NCBI RefSeq assembly: GCF_000150275.1
Contig: NW_002060947.1
Span: forward strand, 8,464,043 to 8,528,042
Origin: Trichoplax adhaerens
Taxonomy: Eukaryota; Animalia; Placozoa
Reading direction: 5' to 3'
DNA: 64,000 bases
Under the pieces are notes generated by a model. The model was not told the origin of the DNA. It searched no databases and saw only the letters and a list, made by a program, of their open reading frames with translations. The position numbers and the translations under genes are program-made. This document shows, in pieces, positions 43,801 to 56,347 of the stretch. How positions within the stretch are numbered: the first letter of the stretch is position 1; every line of letters starts with the position of its first letter.

Positions 43801-44824
43801 ACTGATTCTTAAGCAGAGCTGTAATAATAGACCAAACATTTATTCATATGTAGTAATAGCTGCTATATTTTTATATTATTGTTTTACTCGTTAGATACTC
43901 CTACAGCAGTTTGTAAATTAAATCTATTTTTATACAGCTGAACCTTATTTATTTCAACTAATAACACAACATGCCATCTTGATACGAAACTTCACTAGCA
44001 ATATTTATGGCAATGATTTAGGCTATGTTATTTCATACAGTAAAGTCATGTGCATCCATACTAAGAGTTACAGAATGATTATTACAAATTAATATTGAAG
44101 ATTAAGCACTCATTTAATTTTACCCAACAATTGTAATTAATTCTTTTTACATTAGTGTATATATATCAGTAATTATTGTTATTGATTAATAAAAGCTATC
44201 TTTGCAATTTTTCACCTATTCTATGAAAATAGGTCTATTTAGATATTCCACGAGCATTTGATCTACATTTAACATTTCCAATTGAAATTGCTACCATTCC
44301 TATTCAACGTACAAGAAGCATAGTCCATTCACTACTACTAGATCCAAATGCTATTAATAACGCTTTGTTATCGTCATCACTAGCATTAAAAGAATCAGAA
44401 ATGGAGGAAAATGATGCTGATGAAAATGTTATTACAACACAACCTAAGCCAGTCTTAGGGCCTATAGCAAAATTTAAAACGAATGATTCTATTGCCTCAG
44501 CATTATCCTGTTAGTATGAAATAGCTGATGGTATCAAGGGAATTAAAATCATTGTATAATTAATGTCTTGAATAGACTTGAAATTTAAAATCATTGTTGA
44601 GATACTGATCTTGTCTATTTCATATTGCAGCTCATCCTCTCATTGCAGTTACTCCTTGTGGTGCTACACTTAATTATCAGCCTTGTGTGGATAGAAATCT
44701 CTTTATAAAAGATAATTTACAGGATAACTTACAATCTGAAGATACTACAAGCATCATTAGCATGGATGATCGATTCATTCCACAATATACATATGTTAAA
44801 CCAATTAAGCTGGATAATGATTAG
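40835..44824 (+). CDS. Alpha-arrestin (arrestin domain-containing protein, ARRDC-like), 440 aa
   Basis: Exons 40835-41084, 41888-42123, 43226-43436, 43582-43736, 44233-44509, 44631-44824; phase-consistent. Motifs: VYYPGQAIQGTV, GRHDFQFHFNLP..LPSSYEG..NIRY, KYFCCFLC..GP, KAYCPGE, IENNS, LTIPALPPT, PIEIATIP. Confidence 0.92.
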
Positions 44825-46342
44825 AGAATGAGTGTACAGTTATTTATTAATCAAGGCCTATATTATAATAACTTGATCTTACATCTAAACTCTAAAATTC
44901 GATAAATTTGAATATTTACTCATTACTGCCAGAGATCTCTCATTTGATATTAATTTAAAAGTATATTTTATACTGATGCCACGTAGCGTTAAATTGCGCG
45001 TATATTAGAAGTAATAACCTAATTTATTTGATAAGATTTATGAGTTATTACTAGCACAACTATAGATTATTAAGCGTTTAAATTGTCATTAAAAGGCATT
45101 AAAGGCGGTAACTGAGTTGGCCTTTTTTACGTAACTGATTCATCGGATTAAATCATTAGATGCCACATACACATTACTGTTTATGTAATGGATGACTTGG
45201 AAATAGGATAGGATAGTGTGCGGTATTATGTCCATATGGCACCTTGTAATTGTATTTATTGTCAATGTAATATGTCGCATAGTTTTGACAGTTAAACTTT
45301 GCTAATAATGACGTTGCTTATAAGTAAATCTAATGAAAGAAGATTGCTGTTATATGCCAAGCCAGCATATATAAATAATTACTGATATGATTTAGATAGT
45401 TAATCAGAGTATTAGAATAAATCTGGACAAGTTCACACCTGGTTAGTTTAATTACCTGTGCCAGATATACGATAACATTCTAAAATAGGCCAAAGCACCT
45501 ATGATAACTATTTAATCTTGAAAAGGAAGCCTATGCTGTGAATTTGCTTAAAATATAGGATCACTCTTATTTAATACTAAATTATATTCTCACAAATTAA
45601 CTCTATGACAACGGGAAAAAAGCAAAAGCCTACGAGTAATCTAATAACTTAAACGCTCTTTACTAAAAGCAAAGCATACATACAGTAAAGTACACTACAG
45701 TCTGAACTTTTATTGGTACGAACCCATTTATAACACTTTCTTACTAGAACTGCTTCCATTTATATATGAACCATCTAACTTGTAAATAAACACAATACAA
45801 TCTAATTATTATACCTTTCTAGGGAAAATATCTCGGCCTTTAATGTTCTTAACAATTCTCAATAGCTTTTCCGTTAATAAATATTTTAACTCATTATTCA
45901 TACATAGCTTCAATTTATGCGTGATTGCACTTGGGTTAACTATGATTAACAAGAAATTAAATCATCTTACTACCGCCTACACACATTTAATGGATTGCAT
46001 AGAATAAAGAGTGTTAGTGGGCTTTGGTTGATGATAAAACGGTAAAGCATAGATACGCTCCTATACCTAGCACTGAGTGTTACCAATAACTATGCTCTCT
46101 GATTGTGGCTGATGGAAATTGTTAATACTCTAACCGCTACTGACATAATTCACAGATAGCCGTAGTTTGAGCTGCTGTTCTATATATAATGAAATATAGT
46201 CAGCGCAATTAAATGCGACACTGTACAATTGACTATACAACTAACACAGAAATAAAGCTATACTTAAAATCATCACCCTGAAAGCCGGTAATTATGTTTT
46301 GTTAAGTCAATTTCACAATCGACGTCAAAAGGAAGTTCATAG

Positions 46343-47320
46343 CTAGGGTTTCTTAGAAATCATGATGGTTAATATAACAGGATTGACATAGTAGTTGATA
46401 AACATGATTAAGAATACAAGAATGGACGAGTGATAAAAAATAAATGTATCAGCATTTGATATTATAACATTACTAAGAAATTTCGCGAATGTAAACATCC
46501 AACTGAGTACCTCAGTAAGGGCTAAAATTCCAGCTATAACGCGCAGTCGAACCTGAGCTTTTTTGCCATATTTTATCATGCTATTATCTTTAGGGCTTAC
46601 TTTTAGTCTTCGTTGTTGAAGGTGCCCAATAAAGATTACATACAAGAGTATAGCGAATAAACAACAAGCAGTTTCAACGATAAATCCAAAAATTACAAAA
46701 ATCTAAGTTATAGTATCTTCTGGATTTGAATTCCAACAAATATTCGTAAAATTAGAGAAATCATGTGGATCATAAGATTGAGGGGATCGAATGATGCTAA
46801 CGACCGCAAGTAATGCTACAAGGAGCCTAGTGGAGATAGTAAGGAAACTGCATCGCTTTTTGGTTAAATGACATCGATATTTATCTTTCATGGTCTTCGT
46901 GTATCAATCAATTGCCATAAACAGCGTGTTAAATGCTGGCAAAGCTGTGGCAATGGAAGCAAAAGATCGAGCCGATAAATATGTAGGATCATGATTGAGG
47001 AATTGGTTACGTTGTGGCGTGTTCCCTTTTAGTAACAGCTAAATAGCTGATCATTCATTATACGGGCCATAGTATTGATCAGCGCTAGCAACAATAAGGA
47101 GGTATGTACAGCCAAGTAAATCTACTTGAGCCAGATTAACACTAAAATTTTATGAGCCCTATTAAACCCATAAAAGACTCGGTTGTTAAAAGATCTATTT
47201 TGAATGGATATAAATATGGCATACGAACGTAATTGAAATTATCCCAATCAATCCAAATAGCCATCATAAAACAACTGCTACTATATTGCCTTGAAATATT
47301 CCCATACCAATTACTTCTTA
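46343..47320 (-). pseudogene. GPCR pseudogene, paralogue of 50821-51819
   Basis: Collinear fragments MGIFQGNIVAVVL*WLFGLIGIIS, NLAQVDLLGCTYLLIVASADQYY, SIIRSPQSYDPHDFSNFTNICW, ILALTEVLSW, INYYVNPVI; in-frame stops and frameshifts. Confidence 0.85.
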
Positions 47321-50300
47321 TGTTATTTGGATCAATCTTTGCGTAGCTAGTGATTGAAACAATTCACTATGTTTGAGTAAATTTATCAGTCAAGTTGGTA
47401 AAGATTCGCATGTGCAGTAAATGTAGTCACGCAGAAACCTTTACTAGTGTGAATATCTAGAAGTTAAATTTGCTAAAGTATGTTAAAAACTTGTAATTGA
47501 ATAGGATTAGCTACTATTTTGGAAATTTATGGTCTTGGATGTCATTAAATCCGTTTTTAAACCGTGGCACGTGATATAATGATAGTTCTTTTAGATAAAA
47601 GGTAAGAAATAAATATTTTAGGCTATCTTGTCATTGGAGTTACAAAAGATAATTCATCACCGTACGAGGCCCCTTCAAAAAGTAATAGGACTGGTTCAAT
47701 ATCTTGAAAATAATTTATTTATTCATCACATTTAATGTTACAACCTTCAAAGTAATCACCTACGGCTTTATCGCACTTACTCATAACTTCAGTGGTTCCT
47801 ACTGTAAGTAACTCATTGTAATTACCTTTTATAAATGCAGTATGATCAAAGGCATAGCAGTAAAATAATTTATTAAGAAGATGCATTAGAGATAGTATAA
47901 TTTTGCAGGCTTGTCACGGTACTAACCACTTTGAAGAGTAAATGACTAAATTTAGTGTTTAACATTTATATTTGGAGATAACTAATAATGACTTACAGTA
48001 AGAACTACGGTAGTTATTATTTTGTAACAGTAAATTATGCTGTATTGTAGTAAGAGTTCTCGTAAGGCTACGGGTATTAATTGATTATAGTGTTATATCT
48101 TGTAACGCTTGTGATGAATATCCTAAAGATATTCAATTATAGAGGATACCATAAATAATTAATTATGCGTGTGGACATACTGCAGTCTAATAGTCTAGTC
48201 CGTAACATAATTATCTAGAATCGTTCAGTATATGTCCCAAATTATTAATAATGTCTGCATTAATTTAGTTATCTGATATGAGTTAAATTTCAAGAACTCT
48301 TATGACTCATACATGATAGAAGCTGCCGAAGAGTTTATTTAAGCTCATCAGATAGTTGAATAAAAGAAGAATGATATAGTTGTTTTAGCGTAGAAGCAAA
48401 GGCATCTGAATTCTTGTGAGGTAGTTAAGGGATACTGAATCCCGGAGACTATAGTAATTTAGAGATTTTTTTTTACGTTATCTTTGTCACGAAGCTGGTT
48501 TGTGACAAGAAATTACTCAGTAATGTCTCCAAAAATCTTAAATTTATAACAATTGTAGCCTAAAGTGTGTCAGAGTCTAGGATTTTCAGCGAGATAAATA
48601 CAATTCTAAAAGCTGTTGTTTAATTCGGATAGACGAGATTGTTTATTCTAATGTTATAATAAAGTCTTTTTGCTATTTATATTTAGTTCAAGTGTTACAA
48701 ATTCTATTAAATGAATTTAATTTATCATCTTTCAGTTCTAGATATCCAATTGGCTTAAAGATAAATGATTTCGTGACACTACTGACACTGATTGTGAATT
48801 TTTATAATAAGAAGTTGAATTGATGGTGCTTCAATTTTGAATATCTTCAAGTTCATAAAGCTTCAATGTGAAGTTCCTGTTTATTTGTATAATATCTTTA
48901 TCTTTTGAATTTAATTATGAGAGTACAACGACTTTAACAACAATTTCTTATTGAGCCAAATCTAGTAATGATTGAAGACCCAGGATACACTGTATTTCGT
49001 ACATAAATTTCAAAACCAGAATGACCATTCTATTTTATTCATAAAAATGGTGTTACTCATAGCAAGATTAATAGCTAAATTTTGACAATAACTATATGCT
49101 AAACCATTACGGAAGTAATTATTTTTAATTTAGCTAAGCGTAAATGAAGGATATTTGTACGCATAGGAAAAGCTGTAGTTTATCTGATATTTTTACTTAA
49201 CTTATCGCAACGTATTTTGGTACATATATTTGAAGGATAAATCCGATAATTGCTGGAAATTAAAATTTTTAACAATGGGACGACATTGGCCCTTAATTGT
49301 TTGACAATGTATTTATATTTCTGTATCGATTCTAGGATTTTGGCACATTACCGGTATATATTATTATGTTAATTCTTTACAGTAATTTAAGAACAACAAC
49401 AGCCCTATTTGCAATACGAATTTTTATCGTTTATTGAAGAAAATTGAATCCAATTCTGAATCAATGTTTATTATAACTGCTGGCTTATCTTAAGAGGTAA
49501 CGTGAACTACTAAATTAAATTTTTTACTTTCATTGATAAAAATTATTTATCCACTAATAAGAAAGTATAAGAGTGCCTGCTAGCATCATTTTCTACACTG
49601 AATACTGCTATTTACGACAAAGAATAAATACAGAAACACTTTTTTTAAATTTGTGGATCAATTGCAATAATAAGAAAAATAAAATTTTAAATATCGTCTG
49701 AGTAGGGCTTCATAATCCTATAAAAAACTTTTACGTCGTTTGTCTCTGCATCAAATTCTATAGTTTAGCTTCCTAAAATATCTCCTAAAATTGTGAATAT
49801 GGTAGCCAAATAGTGTTAAAGATTATCGAACTTTTAAAAGGTTCTGACTAATTTACCAAGCATTCGCTAGAATTACCATCTATCTGCAGTTGTTATTAAA
49901 ATATCATTAATTTATGCATATTTCTATCCAGGTTCAAGTAAGTAATCCCATTTTTCTAGCTTATGAATTAAACTGGACTGATTAGACCTCCAATAAATCA
50001 TCATAATGCGTAGTAAGTTTACGAGCACTTCCACAAGTTATTCTTTATTGAATTACTAGCTTAATACACGAAGTCCTAGTAACGAAAACAGAATCAAACT
50101 ATCAAGTAAATTAATAATTGATTCATTGACAAGAAAAGTTCTAGTAAATTTTACTATCTATAAAAGGCTCTAATAGCGCAGAACAAAGTTCAATCTATAG
50201 CCCAATAGATATTACCGCCTGTACATTTTATTCGTACTAAAAGACGGCCGAAGCTTTAAATATTTATTAATACTAAATTTGATCAATTATTTGTTACGGT

Positions 50301-50820
50301 GAATAGAATATCATCCTGTTAAGTTTACTACATGAGTAATTACTTACATCTAATCTGATTTTGATAATGAATAAATAAATAAATTAAATTTAGAGTATTA
50401 GTTTGTTACCATAGATCTTTCAAAAGAGAAATAAAGGTCATCAAAATCGATGATTTTGCATTTCTCATGAAATATATTTTGAAAACTCAAAATTTTAATT
50501 TTTTAGGAATTGATCAATTTAAAGGAAAAATTTTTAGGTGACAATATTATATTATGACCGGTCTGTGGGCTACAAATTATTGCTATATCGTAGTTTGTAA
50601 TAATAAAAATGCACAACCAATACTGTTTATTATTAGCAGCATAATTATTATATTTTGACCGTAGGCTAGGTAATTTTCCTCATTTACTTCGTGTTAGTAT
50701 TTTAAGGTGAATATTGAAATATCAACGCACAATTATATAAACGATTTATACTTGCATTTAAATTGTCATTATGAAAAGTGCTGTAAATAACTTACGTTAC
50801 TATTTATTTAATGCTAGCTT

Positions 50821-51819
50821 TCAATAACTAGAGCAAATTTTAACTCTTCCCGATAATAGAAACATGTAACTCACAGGATTCACACAACAGTTGACAAATA
50901 TCAATAAAAAGGACAAAACAGAAAAATAATAACCGAATTCAGAGGTCATTATTGGCCAGCGTAGAAACTTGGCTATAAACGAAATTAAAAGTGGTAACCA
51001 ACTGACTAAATTTGTTATTGCCAGAATACCTGTTACTAATGTAAGACGTGTTTCAATTCGATTTTGAATGGCAGTAATATTAGCGCAAAAACGAATAACC
51101 CTATGCCTAGTGCGACGAATATACTCAATAATCATAACATAAAGGGCCATGGTGCAAATGTAACTCATAATAATCATAAAAAAAGCCAGAAATGCAAATA
51201 TCTGAAATATAGGGTCATCTAAATCGGTAAAATAACACAGATTAATGATTGTTTTAAAGTTATGTGGATTATGAACTTGATTTGAACGTATGCTGCTAGC
51301 AAAAGCCACAAATATTGAAATCAGCCATGCTAATATTGTTAGGAATGCAATACGCCATTTGGCTAAATTATAACATTTAGGTGTATGAGACTTAACGATA
51401 TTGCTATATCTATCAATTAATATAAATAATGTCATATAAGCTGGTAAGTGGGTCGCAATATTAGCTAAAAATCGAGCCAGTGAACAAAAGGGTGTATTTA
51501 TCCAAATATTAGTAGCATTATGGCACTTATTAGCAAAAACACAGCTAAAAATGGAGGAATGGTGAAAAGCATAATAGCGATCTGCACTTGCGATAATTAG
51601 CAGGTATATAGCACCAAATAAATCCGCTATAGCCAAATTTATAATGAGGATTGTGTGGACTTTGCTATATTTGGTTTTCCTAGCACGTTTTAAAAGAAAA
51701 TTTTGGAGTGAAATACCGATTACCATAATATTCGCAAAAACTCCAACAGTGCCAAAAATCCACGATACCAAAATAGCAGAGAGATTACCTCGAAGTAATC
51801 CTATGGCTTCTTCTATCAT
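50821..51819 (-). CDS. Single-exon class A (rhodopsin-like) GPCR with LGR/GRL101-type 7TM signature, 332 aa
   Basis: Intact ORF with seven hydrophobic segments; IINLAIADLFGAIYLLIIASAD, W..TPFC, IDRY, TM4 W, TNLVSWLP, NCCVNPVSY. Confidence 0.9.
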   Translation of the reverse strand: MIEEAIGLLRGNLSAILVSWIFGTVGVFANIMVIGISLQNFLLKRARKTKYSKVHTILIINLAIADLFGAIYLLIIASADRYYAFHHSSIFSCVFANKCHNATNIWINTPFCSLARFLANIATHLPAYMTLFILIDRYSNIVKSHTPKCYNLAKWRIAFLTILAWLISIFVAFASSIRSNQVHNPHNFKTIINLCYFTDLDDPIFQIFAFLAFFMIIMSYICTMALYVMIIEYIRRTRHRVIRFCANITAIQNRIETRLTLVTGILAITNLVSWLPLLISFIAKFLRWPIMTSEFGYYFSVLSFLLIFVNCCVNPVSYMFLLSGRVKICSSY

Positions 51820-52740
51820 TTTTAAGTCAAAAATTAATTTTACGAAAATATTATAAACGAAGCTACCTAAAATGTAAAGCTTTCTTATCCGCTTTTGGAT
51901 TTAGTTGGTATAATAAGATATGCGTATGTTTTGGCGTTGGTACGAGCTGTATATCAAATTTTATGCATTAGTAATTTTCATTATCGTAATGAAGTGACGT
52001 CAAGGATAGTCGATGATTGATATAAACTAAGTTTGCTATCGATTTAATGACAATACTTCAAATCAAGTTATAGAGTAGAAACGAAAGGACTATGAAAGTA
52101 ATATTATTTTGTACTCATAGGTAATATCAGTCGTTGACCTTCCTGGTACAAAGAAAAGCTTACGTCAATCGTTGATAAAGGGTTAGAAGCTGATTATTTT
52201 TGAATGCATTAAGCATATGGAATCGCTTATTATAATAAACAAAGCTTGCAATTCTTAAAAGCTCCTTTGTGAATTTAGATTGAAGTATATACTATCATAA
52301 AATTTAATTCATTATTCAAGGGTTTTATATGTAGTGTTCACAGTTTTTTATTTTGATCCTTGTAGGGTGATACTGCTGTTAACAGAGGTTAATCTGTTGT
52401 ATATTTATTTTGCTTGGCTAAGATCAGAAGAAAAACCTGAAAGACATCATTTAGCTCAAGGCAGTATGTTTCGCTAGCTACAAGTAAATATTTAATATTT
52501 AGCTATTTGCCGACATATTTTTATTGTATAGTATCACTATAGCTTTGCTTAATTAAATTTAAAATTTTTTCGTAGATTAACTCTACCCTAGCCATTGCTT
52601 GTCGAATTTACATTTGAAGTAAGGTAACTTCGCCTGCTAATTTGTTAACTGATTTCTTGGACAGCTTTATATCGAAATCATTATTTATCTAGAAATTCGA
52701 CGGGGAATAACCTTCTAAAATTATTGTTTAATCTTCCAAA

Positions 52741-54410
52741 TGTAATGAAATCAAAAGTGTAGAGATCAAGCTACAAAACTTTAATAAACTTTGATTCTAC
52801 TTTCGTTGCACACCAGTCGACTTACTGAAACTTTGACACCAAATAAAATTAGGGGAAATAATCGATCAACAATTTATTCCAAAAAAAATGGAGAGAAGCA
52901 TAAGCCGAACAACCTTACAAATACTTAACTTTAAGTATTAATAAAATAAGTGACAGACTGTAAAACTGTCAACAACCAAACAACCTTTCAAAAAGAAGAA
53001 CGTTTAAACTTACGACAATTCGACCCCGAAGGTCTTATGTAATGTAGCTTAGTATTGTGATTGTAGACTGTTAGCCATGTGTAGTATAATGTACGGTAGA
53101 TATTTATCCTAAGAGATATTTGGTAGCTGTAACTATATGTAATGAAATGAAAAGTGTAGAGATCAAGCTACAAAACTTTAACAAACTTTGATTCTACTTT
53201 CGTTGAACTCCGGTCGACTTAACGCTAATACTTTGACACCAAATAAAATTTGGGGAAATAACCGAACAACAATTTATTTCAAAACAAAAATGGAGAGAAG
53301 TATAAACCGAACAATCTTACAAATACTTAGCTTTAAGTATTATTAAAATAAATGACAGACTTAAAAACTGTCAACGACCAAACAACCTTTCAAAAAGAAG
53401 AACGTTTTAACTTACGACAATTCGACCCCGAAGGCCTTTAAATTCAACAAGTTCTTCAAATAAAATCTTCTTCTACTCTCTCTCTAAATTTTCTAATTGC
53501 ACTATCATTTATAGGCTTCGTAGAGCCGTCAGAGGTATTTAAAACTAAACATTTGCTAACCAATCGCTCTTAAGATCCGTTTTAGAAAACTACTTTGCAC
53601 CATTTAAGAAAACAAAAATCATTCAAGGTTCAGACAGAATTTACCCTACGATTCCCTTACAAAACACTATAAAAGTAACAAGCTAACCATAAAAATACAT
53701 CAAACTTCATTTCTAACATAATTTCTATCGTTAATACACTATAAAAGTCTAAAAATCAACCTTTAAACATCAAGATTTAGTCATAAAAACAACATTCTAA
53801 CTACCTAACAATCAACACAACCTCTGCCAATTTCCATCTTATTTTCTATTTTCCTCACTAAATCTCCTAATGTGACTTCAAGTCACGTCATAAAATTCCA
53901 AAGTTTCAAATTCATAACAAAAAGTCCAAATCTCAAAAATTAACTCTTACGATATTTTTCATGAACAAAAATCCAAAAATAAAACAGAAAAATTTAATTC
54001 AGACATAAATTAAAATAACCCACCGNNNNNNNNNNNNNNNNNNNNNNNNNNNNNNNNNNNNNNNNNNNNNNNNNNNNNNNNNNNNNNNNNNNNNNAAGAA
54101 AACAAAAATCATTCAAAGTTCAGACACAATTTACCCTATGATTCCCTTACAAAACACTATAAAACCAACAAGTTTACTATAGAATACATCAAACTACACT
54201 TCTAACATAATTTCTATCATTAATGCACTATAAAAGTCTAAAAATTAACCTTTAAACATCAAGATTTAGTCATAAAAATAACAGTCTAACTACTTAACAA
54301 TCAACGCAACCTCTGCCTATTTCCATCTTATTTTCTATATTCCTCACTAAACTTTCCTAATGTGACTTTCATGTCACGTCATAAAATTCCAAAGTTTCAA
54401 ATTCATAACA
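52741..54410. mobile_element. Cluster of LTR-like repeat copies: full 782-bp copy 53138-53919, left partial 52741-53035, right partial 54096-54410
   Basis: Termini tgtaatgaa...ttcataaca (8/9 inverted match); partial copies align with the two ends of the full copy with scattered mismatches; no matching TSD found; N gap inside. Confidence 0.65.
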
Positions 54411-55717
54411 TAGTACCAACAGTACAGTGCACCGTTTCATATTACAAGCCATCATCCATAACTACTTTATTAAGAACATACAACCATTTTAGTCCACGCA
54501 GTGCTATACTTTATATTACTAATACGCTTTCAAAGCATATTGTAACAGTATTTAATTGAAATCACTACATATGGTTTCAGGTAGATATTTTCCTCAATTA
54601 GCCTTTCTATAAAGATAATGATAATATAATTAACGATTTTCGAGATCATAAATTTACAAGAATATCAAGTTACTAACTGTCTATATCAGTCCATAATGGA
54701 TGAGTTGCGTTCCTCCAAACCTGTTAGTGCTAAATAAACATAAATAAATTAAAGCTTTCTTCGTATATCCTGTTATTGTAAATGGGAATGGGAATAATAA
54801 TCTATACTTTTGTGATTATTATCGCTAAAAATTGCTATTAAACAAGAAGAGTCTATTAAATTTAGCACCTTCTGAAATACAATTATTACCAAGAAAGAGT
54901 GTCTATCCAATCAATAAATCAGTTTTAAGATCGATTTCATAGATTAATCTCGCTCGAAAAAATCCAATATCCTTAGCACAATCTCAGAAAAATGCATAAA
55001 GCATAACGTATAGACCAGTATCTTTCCCCCTCCCCAAAATTGGCGAACAAGTAATTATAAAGTTTTGAAGAGAAATAAGTTTTTAGTTTAAGTAAAATTT
55101 CGTGGTTAGTCTACAAGTTTTATAAGGAACTGAATGATCTTTGCCGACAATATCAATATGTATAATCGCTTTATGGTAGTATTACTTTCCTCCTTTTGGC
55201 CTAAAAGATGTTGTACTTGCTAAAGGATTTCAGATAAAGTTGCCCAAAATAGCAATAAGCAATCGTATGATTCTATTTAAATCAATTTCAATTTTTTAAC
55301 GCTTGCTTACAATACTGACTTACTAAAATTTTGGGGAAGTTTCGAACAATTTAACATGGATATTAAAAGAATTATACGTAAATACTTTAATAGTAGACGA
55401 AGAAATTTACATTCTATTAAATCTTGTAAATCAAGATAATTAATTTACTCCTACCTCATCTCAAGAATGGTTCCCTTATAGCCCTTTGATCCAGTCTTCG
55501 CTATATTTGCCTTTACTGTACGCTATGCACTTTAGTTAACTGTTTAGCCAATGCTTGCTATTTTCATGAAATGGCTGCTCCTTTACCGATTTGAGACTTT
55601 AGTAACTGAAATATCGAGCTTAATTTTTCTTGTTTACGATAACACCAGGGCACATATATTTCCCTCCAATTTTTTTTTTATATTTAAAGCTCAAAATATT
55701 TAATATCTTTATATATT

Positions 55718-56347
55718 TGTCATAAAACAGCTTTGCAACAAGATAACGTAATATACGATCAATAAGTCAATTCCTTGAACCACGTATCAAGGAACTATAT
55801 CTGGAATATCAGAAACACTTTTGCTCTACTAGCAGACTACACAAAGACTTAAACGCCTCGTATTTTACGTTAAACACTAAGTTTGAGAATCCACTTTATT
55901 GCACGATATACTGCATTTATATACTATTCCTCAATAGTTCATGAGTCATAGTTAGTACGATTAACTTTGGAATCATATACTGAATTAGATATTAATTATA
56001 GCTACTGCTCCCTTAATACAGACAGCAGTATTTACGAACATAGACAGGCGATGACTAATACAAAATAGTCAGATTACGATATGTCCTATCACGGAACATT
56101 TCCACGATAATTTACAATCTACCATAAGTAAGTTACAATCACAATGATTCGAACTGTAAGTAGATGATTTGCATTCCCTATTATAACTATTAATTTCAGT
56201 ATGTGTATATGTGTTACTGTCATAAAAAGTCAGTGCTATATTAAAACACAGTATATTCAAATTAGAAGTTAACTAAATAAGGATAGGCTAACAGAATTAT
56301 CCTAACATAGATATTTCTACTCTAACACAGTATATAACACTGTAACA
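55718..56347. mobile_element. Solo-LTR-like element, family A copy 2 (630 bp)
   Basis: tgtcataaaa...actgtaaca; TSD ATATT at 55713-55717 and 56348-56352; similar to 4329-4959. Confidence 0.85.
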
